A stretch of DNA of 20,000 bases from the IMG/VR virus record IMGVR_UViG_3300020054_001201, one strand, 5' to 3'. Position numbers and translations under genes: made by a program. The notes under the pieces are model-generated. The model was not told the DNA's origin and ran no database searches. It saw only the letters and a program-made list of their open reading frames with translations. Below are positions 8,454-15,149 of the stretch, piece after piece (within the stretch, counting starts at the first letter, position 1; every line of letters begins with the position of its first letter). This DNA is from an uncultured virus (IMG/VR IMGVR_UViG_3300020054_001201) (taxonomy: Duplodnaviria; Heunggongvirae; Uroviricota; Caudoviricetes).

Positions 8454-8883
8454 ATCAATTGAACTCATGAAGGACATTCTCACCACAGGATGGAATCGTG
8501 GGAATACGAACCAACGCACACCCATCATTGAGGACATCACCACGGTTGAGGCTGGTCGCGGCAAGCGCGTTGACCTCACTAACAAGGATGCGATTTTTCT
8601 TTACGAAACATTGCACGCGGAGGAACAACCCGATGTGTTCTATGATTTCGTTCACACGCGAATCAATGTCACCGTTGATGTGCGCACCATGAACGGGCGA
8701 AAGCACCTCATGAAAATGGAGGATGAGATTCGGCGCATCATTCATAGCAAGCGAAAAGGCGATGGCGCGAACTTTGACCGATTACTTTACAAAGTGCGAA
8801 CTGACCTTTCGGACCGGACGAAGCAACTTCATCGCATGACCTTTCAAGTTGAAATCGTTATATTCTCGGAACTCATCGCGTAA
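8443..8883 (+). CDS. Putative tail terminator/tail completion protein (146 aa)
   Basis: SD GGAGGG. It lies directly before the tail tube and has a terminator-like strand-helix-strand pattern (RINVTVDVRT...LMKMEDEIRRII...HRMTFQVEI) and size. Confidence 0.65.
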   Translation: MALESIELMKDILTTGWNRGNTNQRTPIIEDITTVEAGRGKRVDLTNKDAIFLYETLHAEEQPDVFYDFVHTRINVTVDVRTMNGRKHLMKMEDEIRRIIHSKRKGDGANFDRLLYKVRTDLSDRTKQLHRMTFQVEIVIFSELIA

Positions 8884-8902
8884 GACAGGGCGGGGCTAAT
8901 TT

Positions 8903-11086
8903 ATGGTATCAACAGTTTACAAGGGCGACTTATCCGAAGTCACCTTCGGCAAAGAGAGCGGATTCGCGCTCGCGCATGGTGGCTTCGGTGGAAACCTCTC
9001 TTTCAGCACCAATGCCGCGGGAAGTGTCATCACTTTCAAAGGTAAAGTGGTATCTTACGAATTGAATGCGGCAGGTAGTGGTTATGCGGCGAGTGATACT
9101 ATCACTACATCAAACGGTGACACCATCACCGTTGACACGGTGGCGACAGGTGCAATCGCTACTTTTACGCTGACAGCCGCGGGGAGCAACGCTGTTTCAG
9201 TCGGTGACACCGTTACTCAAAGTTCAACATCGGGAAGTGGGACGGGCGCGACTTTTGATGTTTTAACCCTTAATACCGAAGGATTCTTTGATAACAAAGC
9301 AAATCTGCGTTATCCCGCTGGCATGCTCGTTGGGTCGCAACTCCGCGTCATCGGCAATGGCGCGTTTAGCGGCGATGATTTCGCAACCACAGGCAACTCC
9401 TACACCATCGTCGCTAACAGCGGCACTACCATCACACTTGACCGTGATTTGAAGACCGCATCCACGGCATCAACTGCGGGCGATGAACTTGTTATCAGCA
9501 CGATTGCTACGCCGACCATTGACACGGGCATGACTTACGACGCTCAAGCCGACTCATCCGACGAATCTGTTCTCACCGACCAATTCATCGGTCTTGCCGC
9601 AACGGTTGCTCTACCCGAAACGAAAGTGGAAATCCGTCAAGCACACATCGTAGGCATTGGTCGCGATGTGGTTATCCAAGAACCTCAACGCTTTGAGAAC
9701 ACAGGTGGCTCAATGGAGATGATGTTCAACAGCGCGCGCTGGCTTTACTACTCCCTCGGTCGCGAAGTTGTCAACGAGCCTTCTCAAAGCAAGGCGACGC
9801 TTATCGCTACGGTTGACGGAACCAACAACTTCGTCAATGTTTCAGCAGGCGACACTTACCTCAAGTTCAACGGCACATTGAGCAACACCCCTGCCGTGGG
9901 CGACTACATTCTCATCATTGATGGGACGGCGACGAACTTCCCTTCCGACCTTGTTGAGCCAGCAAGCAGTTCGCAATGGGGCGCAGACGGCTTAGGGACA
10001 GACATGGAAAACACCGAGCGCAACGAGATGCGTCAAGTTCTCTATGTGGACGCTACGAAAAAGCGAATCCATGTGGACGAGCCGTTCTATTTCACTCACA
10101 CAGGCGGAGCCGCGGGTTTCACCGTCAAGTCCTATGCTTACATGGATAACGGTGCAAGCAACGGTTCACCCGACTTTGACACCGCCGCGGCCACCTACGG
10201 CAACATCACAAACCGTGTTTCGCGTCTTCTCTTTTCGGGACCGACCCTACCAACCTTTGCGCTTGAATCCAGCATTCGCACACGCGACACGGGTTCTTAC
10301 AACGCCAACGCTCTTGACGACGCCAGCGTAGCCGCGCCGGGAAGCGCCAGCGATAGCAAGCAATTGACGCGCGTTTGGAAAGGATGCAAGGTCAAGGACT
10401 TCTCTCTTGCCGCCGATGCTGACGCTGAGGCTAAACTCTCCATCAACTTTGACGCGCTTTACTGCTACACCGACACAGGGCGTCTTGAAGACTCCAACAA
10501 AGGCGACCGCTACACCGCACACCGTATGTTTGAGAACATCGCTAACGGTCCTCTTGAACGCAAGAAGGCGGGTATCGCACCCAACACCGAGAAGCCGTTC
10601 TTCTTTTACAACGGGCAAATCAGTTCGTTTGGAACCAACATCGCGCAAGTCACCAACTTTGCTCTTGAAGGCAACAACAACACCGAAGCCATTTACACCA
10701 TCCGCGGCAACAGTCAAGCCGAGAGTGTCAACACCGCTGGTGATTCCCTTGAGCAAATCCCATTCGGAGGTTCTCGCAACGCGAACCTCATGATTGAGAA
10801 GAAAATGGAGTATAGCCTCAGCATGACGGTCATCGCATCCGACCCCTTGATATGGCACGAGTTCCGCTCTAACCGTAGCCACTCGTTCACCGAACCTATC
10901 ACGCTCACGCTGACGAAGGCTGGCGCAGGGACGAATCGCGAACAGGTTATTATTGTCGTTGACGACTACCTCATTGAAACCGCACCCCTCCCCATTCCCG
11001 AAGACAAAGGTGTCATCAAGAGTGAATTGAAAATCAAACCAAAGCATGTGCGAGTGATTTCGCACGATGCTTTCTTGCACATGTGA
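8903..11086 (+). CDS. Major tail tube protein with inserted decoration domains (727 aa)
   Basis: Tube-like motifs include EVTFGKES, GGSMEMMF, LPTFALE, KGCKVKDFSL...AKLSINF, PFFFYNGQI, VTNFALEGNNN and YSLSMTV. It lies between the terminator and the chaperone/TMP genes. Confidence 0.8.
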   Translation: MVSTVYKGDLSEVTFGKESGFALAHGGFGGNLSFSTNAAGSVITFKGKVVSYELNAAGSGYAASDTITTSNGDTITVDTVATGAIATFTLTAAGSNAVSVGDTVTQSSTSGSGTGATFDVLTLNTEGFFDNKANLRYPAGMLVGSQLRVIGNGAFSGDDFATTGNSYTIVANSGTTITLDRDLKTASTASTAGDELVISTIATPTIDTGMTYDAQADSSDESVLTDQFIGLAATVALPETKVEIRQAHIVGIGRDVVIQEPQRFENTGGSMEMMFNSARWLYYSLGREVVNEPSQSKATLIATVDGTNNFVNVSAGDTYLKFNGTLSNTPAVGDYILIIDGTATNFPSDLVEPASSSQWGADGLGTDMENTERNEMRQVLYVDATKKRIHVDEPFYFTHTGGAAGFTVKSYAYMDNGASNGSPDFDTAAATYGNITNRVSRLLFSGPTLPTFALESSIRTRDTGSYNANALDDASVAAPGSASDSKQLTRVWKGCKVKDFSLAADADAEAKLSINFDALYCYTDTGRLEDSNKGDRYTAHRMFENIANGPLERKKAGIAPNTEKPFFFYNGQISSFGTNIAQVTNFALEGNNNTEAIYTIRGNSQAESVNTAGDSLEQIPFGGSRNANLMIEKKMEYSLSMTVIASDPLIWHEFRSNRSHSFTEPITLTLTKAGAGTNREQVIIVVDDYLIETAPLPIPEDKGVIKSELKIKPKHVRVISHDAFLHM

Positions 11087-11096
11087 GGTGAAAAAA

Positions 11097-11249
11097 ATGA
11101 ATCCGATGGTTGACGCTTGGACAATTATTATCAAAGGCAACGGCTGTGACGAGTGCGGCAAAAGTGGTTGCCGCGCGAAGATGTGTTGCGATAAGTGCGG
11201 GAAGAACAAGTGTTCCGAATGCATGGAGAAGCAAGGCGGGTGTGCTTGA
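11097..11249 (+). CDS. Cys-rich, metallothionein-like miniprotein (50 aa) with MNPMVDAWTIIIK leader
   Basis: SD GAGGTGA overlaps the tube stop. There are 9 Cys in the last 34 aa, with three CxxC motifs, and the stop overlaps the next ATG (TGATG). Confidence 0.75.
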   Translation: MNPMVDAWTIIIKGNGCDECGKSGCRAKMCCDKCGKNKCSECMEKQGGCA

Positions 11250-11683
11250 TGGCGCGACGAAGCATGCATACGGGCGGCGAACGACCGCTTAGTATTCGTG
11301 CTATCGCAGAAGGTGCATTCATTGCTGAACCCGTTGAAGAAGTATTCAACCCCGAAGCCGCCAAGACTGACGGCAACCCATTCCCCGAAGAGCAACAGAC
11401 GGAAGAACAACCCGTTGAAGTTGCTGAACCCGATTACGAGTCCATGACGGTTGAAGAACTGAAAGCCCTCCTACGGGCGCGCGGTCTTCCCGTCACAGGC
11501 ACAAAGGCGGAACTCATCACCCGCCTTGCCGAAGCCGATACCCCCTCCAAAGAGGCAGTTGAAGCCGAGGTTGTCGTTCCCTCCGAAGAGGCCGCGACGA
11601 GTGGTGAGGGAGTAAGTGACGACAATGCCGAAAATAGCGGACCCAATGAACCTCTTGGTGAACAACCAAGCGGTGGAGCATGA
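11249..11683 (+). CDS. SAP-domain protein, acidic (144 aa)
   Basis: Canonical SAP motif YESMTVEELKALLRARGLPVTGTKAELITRL. Start is at a TGATG overlap. Confidence 0.85.
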   Translation: MARRSMHTGGERPLSIRAIAEGAFIAEPVEEVFNPEAAKTDGNPFPEEQQTEEQPVEVAEPDYESMTVEELKALLRARGLPVTGTKAELITRLAEADTPSKEAVEAEVVVPSEEAATSGEGVSDDNAENSGPNEPLGEQPSGGA

Positions 11684-11987
11684 AATACGAGTGGACAAAG
11701 ACGACGAAGAGGTAGTCATGAAAGTGTGGGTGAAGGAGTTATCCTTCATGCAACTTCAAGACGCCATCAAAACCTTCGTCACGATTGGCGCGAACGGAAG
11801 CGTGGATATTGACCTCGCAAACTATTGGCGCTACATGTTCACCAATAGCATTGACCGAACTGAACCCAAGTTGAGCATTCCTCAAATGTTGGCTCTCAAG
11901 CCGTTCGTGGCGCAACAAATCACCTCGTTGTTGCCGCAACCTCAAGACTTGATGGCGAACCCTTTAGCGGATGGGGCGACCGAGTGA
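11625..11987 (+). CDS. Tail assembly chaperone (lambda gpG-like, ~120 aa; start 11616 GTG or 11625 ATG)
   Basis: It lies between the tube and TMP genes, has a typical size and pattern (KVWVKELSF...), and ends at a slippery heptamer. Confidence 0.75.
   Translation: MPKIADPMNLLVNNQAVEHEIRVDKDDEEVVMKVWVKELSFMQLQDAIKTFVTIGANGSVDIDLANYWRYMFTNSIDRTEPKLSIPQMLALKPFVAQQITSLLPQPQDLMANPLADGATE
11960..11966 (+). promoter_or_regulatory. -1 programmed ribosomal frameshift slippery site C CCT TTA
   Basis: An X XXY YYZ heptamer correctly phased in the chaperone frame. The -1 frame is open from here to 12253. Confidence 0.75.
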
Positions 11988-12253
11988 ATGAAGTCTATGA
12001 CTTCATGAAGAAGCCGACGCCCGATGCTGAAATGATGTTTGACTCAGCGGCGTATTTCGTCGCGAAACATTATCGTATTTCGTTGACAGAAGTGTGGAAC
12101 ATGCCGATTAGCGCGTTTGAGAAATCGTTCACATGGGCGGTAGCGGCAGAACGCGTCAAAGCGGAAGAGATTGAGAAGGCGACCGATGGAGCAAAAAGCA
12201 AGAGTCGCGTAGGCTCAACACACGGGCCGATGCCGTTTAGCGAGGGGTGGTGA
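11960..12253 (+). CDS. Tail assembly chaperone extension (lambda gpT-like), reached by -1 frameshift; alternatively GTG start at 11984
   Basis: It is in the -1 frame relative to the chaperone and carries a gpT-like motif (YFVAKHYRISLTEVWNMP). It sits directly before the TMP. Confidence 0.75.
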   Translation, partial: PFSGWGDRVNEVYDFMKKPTPDAEMMFDSAAYFVAKHYRISLTEVWNMPISAFEKSFTWAVAAERVKAEEIEKATDGAKSKSRVGSTHGPMPFSEGW

Positions 12254-12254
12254 A

Positions 12255-13964
12255 GTGAGCGAAGACATCCAAAAAGTCAAGACTCAAGTTGAAGAGTTGG
12301 CTTTTGCTTTGGAAGCGTTGGGTATCATTCAACAGCAACATTCAGCCAAAATGGGAATTGCTGAGAAAGCCGTCGGGAAGTTCAAAGTCGCGCTAAAAAA
12401 GAATCCAATTTCACTTGTAGTCGCGAACCTTTTGAGTATGGGTAAAGCGGTTGGCGATGTCACATCGTTCATCGCCAACTCTGCCGCAATGAGCGTCAAA
12501 GAACGAGAAGAACGCTACAAAAACATGACCATCATGCAGAAACTTACGACGCAGATGTTTCTTTTCGGCGGTATCGCAAAAATGAACAATAAGATTTTGA
12601 ACACCGCCAACAATCGTTTTACTCGTTTAACAGCGCGCGTATTCGGATTGGTGGGGATATTCCTTGTCGTCGGTTTCGCGCTGGCGGCACTATCATTGGC
12701 GATTGACGGCACGAATAGCGATGTTCTCAACATCACCGAAAAAATGGGGCCGATGCATGACGCGATGCAAGGCTTGGCGCTCATCATCAGCGGCGAAGGC
12801 GACGAGGGTTTAGCGGCGCTCTTTGACATTCTCGCGGTTTCAATTTTCGGTGCGGCGGCGGCGATGGCCGTTTTCAACGGACGCGCGTCTCTCCTTATTG
12901 GCGCTGGTTTAGCCATCGTTGGAACCTATCAACTCGTCAAGAATGAAACAGGCGAATCAACTATCGCTTTCATGGGCGCGGTGGCGGTTGCTCTTGGACT
13001 GACGGCTGGTTTTTACCTCTTGAGAGCGGCAATGGTCGGTTTAGCAACAGGCACAATGGGCGCGGCTTCTTTGACTGTTGCAACAATTCTTGGCGGTTTT
13101 GCTTTGATTTTTGGTGGGCTTGTCGGCCTTTACATGTATATGACAGGCGCAGGTGAAGGACTCAAAGGATTCTTGCTTGGTTTGTTCAGCGTGATTGCTA
13201 TTGCAGTTGGGGCGCTTTTACTTGGTGTTATGAGCATACCTGTTGCCGTCGGATTGGCTTTGGTTTTCTTGGTCGCGACTATTATACGCTATTGGGATGA
13301 AGTTAAAATCATTGGCGCGACAATGTGGGGTTGGATAAAGGGCCTCGGTGGGCTGATTTGGTATGGTTTGCTGGCTGGTTTGGGGCTGGTTGTAGGCATT
13401 ATCGTAGGTTTCTTCGCGGTTTGGGCTACGATTATTTTTGGAACAGTCAACGGTATTTGGACTGCTTTGGTTGATGTAGTGACAGGCTTTTGGACGGCTT
13501 TGACAGGCGGTGGAGATGCGCTCAAAGAATGGTTCTTGAGCATCCCCGAAACGCTCAAGGACGGGTTTTTAAACGGATTCAAAAGTGTCTTTTCGTCGGT
13601 GATTGACATTTACAATGACTTCGCGGATAAAATGAGTTTTGATATTCCCGATTGGGTCCCTAAAATCGGAGGTCAAACTTTCAATCTACCTAAAATCCCT
13701 AAGTTTGCAAAAGGCGGTATCGTCACAGGACCAACGCTCGCGATGATTGGTGATAACCCATCGGGTAAAGAAGCCGTTGTGCCTTTAGAAAAAGCGGGAG
13801 AAATGGGCTTTGGTGGCGGCGGGCCTATCACTATCAACATCAATGTCGGAGGCGTCACCGACCGAACCGATAAGAAGCAACTTGCGCGCGAAATTGGTGA
13901 CCTCGTTCGTGCTGAAATGGCGCGTGGTGGGCGTTCTTACGGCAACAGGAGGTCGGCGGTATGA
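12255..13964 (+). CDS. Tape measure protein (569 aa)
   Basis: It follows the chaperones and is a long Ala/Gly/Leu-rich helical, hydrophobic protein with periodic Trp/Phe. The C-terminus is TMP-typical (IPKFAKGGIVTGPTLAMIG...EAVVPL...ITININV). Confidence 0.85.
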   Translation: MSEDIQKVKTQVEELAFALEALGIIQQQHSAKMGIAEKAVGKFKVALKKNPISLVVANLLSMGKAVGDVTSFIANSAAMSVKEREERYKNMTIMQKLTTQMFLFGGIAKMNNKILNTANNRFTRLTARVFGLVGIFLVVGFALAALSLAIDGTNSDVLNITEKMGPMHDAMQGLALIISGEGDEGLAALFDILAVSIFGAAAAMAVFNGRASLLIGAGLAIVGTYQLVKNETGESTIAFMGAVAVALGLTAGFYLLRAAMVGLATGTMGAASLTVATILGGFALIFGGLVGLYMYMTGAGEGLKGFLLGLFSVIAIAVGALLLGVMSIPVAVGLALVFLVATIIRYWDEVKIIGATMWGWIKGLGGLIWYGLLAGLGLVVGIIVGFFAVWATIIFGTVNGIWTALVDVVTGFWTALTGGGDALKEWFLSIPETLKDGFLNGFKSVFSSVIDIYNDFADKMSFDIPDWVPKIGGQTFNLPKIPKFAKGGIVTGPTLAMIGDNPSGKEAVVPLEKAGEMGFGGGGPITININVGGVTDRTDKKQLAREIGDLVRAEMARGGRSYGNRRSAV

Positions 13965-15148
13965 CGAAGGTTCGTTTGATTCGCAATGACGGTGAAGTGC
14001 TTGAAGTTGATGTGACGGGGTATAGCATGAATATCACGCGCTCCGTTCCTATTCTCAATGTTCCCGTTCTTGGTGAGCGCTACGGTGTTGACATGAACAT
14101 GGTGAGCGCCGACTTCCGACTAAGCGTTATCCTCGCTGACGACGATTGCACCGCATCCAACACCGAAGCAACAAGCGCCGTGGGGTCAATTGATTTTAGC
14201 GCACTCAAGGACAATAGCGGAGGTAGCCATGCTATCATGATGACAGGCGATGGCGGAGCGACTGACCCTGCTGACATCAACGGATATTTTTTTGAAATTG
14301 AAACGGCCTATACGGGACAGAACACCACGCGTAAACCTGTTCGCGTTGTGTTTGATTCAAGCACCGCGTCTCATAGCGCGGTCAACAATCCACCTATCAC
14401 TACCGTGGGCATCAGCGGAGCAACTACGGGCGCGCTCATTGCTTCGCGAATCAAGACTGCATTGGAAGGCGCGGCAGGGCAATACACCGACCAACTTACA
14501 ACAGGCGGTGGGACGAACTTTGTTGATGCTTTCACCATCACCGCAGGCGTGGGTAAGAACCTGTCCTCCAACTGCAAACTGACATTTACTGCGACTGAAA
14601 AAGGCAAAGAAGGCAACAACGAAACGCCTTCATTCAGCACAAACTTCGGTAAAAACACACCATTCTTTGAAACATTTGGCGGCGGTAAAGACCGCACATG
14701 CAAAAGCGCGGGAGACAAACTCCAAGACCTTATCGCGTATGTCGGGAACGCCAGCCTTGCTGGTGTGTCGGGTCGTGCTATTGGTGGCCCTGCAAACCCC
14801 GACGACCCCAAAGCGTTGATTGAGGCAGACATTTCTTTGGCGACGCGTCAAACGGCTGACTACATCGTCGGTATGCAATTGCCTTACAACTCCATTGTGA
14901 CATCACCAAACGCCGCAACAGAGGACTATGTTGAACGCAACTTCATCATCGTGACAGGTCGCTCAAACGCTGACGAGCAAGACTCGCACGCGAACACTCT
15001 CAGCGTCTCCACTTTATTTGACCCAACCAATCCATTCACAGGCATTGCGGGAACCGTTGTAGCAATGGGATTCTCTTACAACGCGGGTGAGAATGTTTAC
15101 GAAGGCGACCTTACCTTCCAGCCGATTGATTTCATTGTGGGGACATGA
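13961..15148 (+). CDS. Putative distal tail (Dit-like)/tail-tip protein with inserted domain (395 aa)
   Basis: ATGA overlap with the TMP and SD AGGAGGT. N- and C-terminal beta segments are Dit-like (YGVDMNMVSADFRLSV; GTVVAMGFSYNAGENVYEGDLTF). The call is mainly positional. Confidence 0.6.
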   Translation: MTKVRLIRNDGEVLEVDVTGYSMNITRSVPILNVPVLGERYGVDMNMVSADFRLSVILADDDCTASNTEATSAVGSIDFSALKDNSGGSHAIMMTGDGGATDPADINGYFFEIETAYTGQNTTRKPVRVVFDSSTASHSAVNNPPITTVGISGATTGALIASRIKTALEGAAGQYTDQLTTGGGTNFVDAFTITAGVGKNLSSNCKLTFTATEKGKEGNNETPSFSTNFGKNTPFFETFGGGKDRTCKSAGDKLQDLIAYVGNASLAGVSGRAIGGPANPDDPKALIEADISLATRQTADYIVGMQLPYNSIVTSPNAATEDYVERNFIIVTGRSNADEQDSHANTLSVSTLFDPTNPFTGIAGTVVAMGFSYNAGENVYEGDLTFQPIDFIVGT

Positions 15149-15149
15149 G

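Noticed and set aside
5714..11135. NPMxxAW motif as a DNA-level repeat, mobile-element end or DGR template/variable repeat
   Set aside because: Identity is confined to conserved codons with synonymous differences (CCA/CCG, GCT/GCG) and is always in frame, so selection appears to be on the peptide. No reverse transcriptase, transposase or long repeat was seen.
10247..11410. 387-aa minus-strand ORF (also 2398-3078, 2589-3200, 4211-5026 and other antisense ORFs)
   Set aside because: These are shadow frames antisense to well-supported + strand genes, with no recognisable motifs.
12600..13500. Multi-pass membrane transporter or permease
   Set aside because: Position after the chaperones and the FAKGGIV...EAVVPL C-terminus indicate a tape measure protein.
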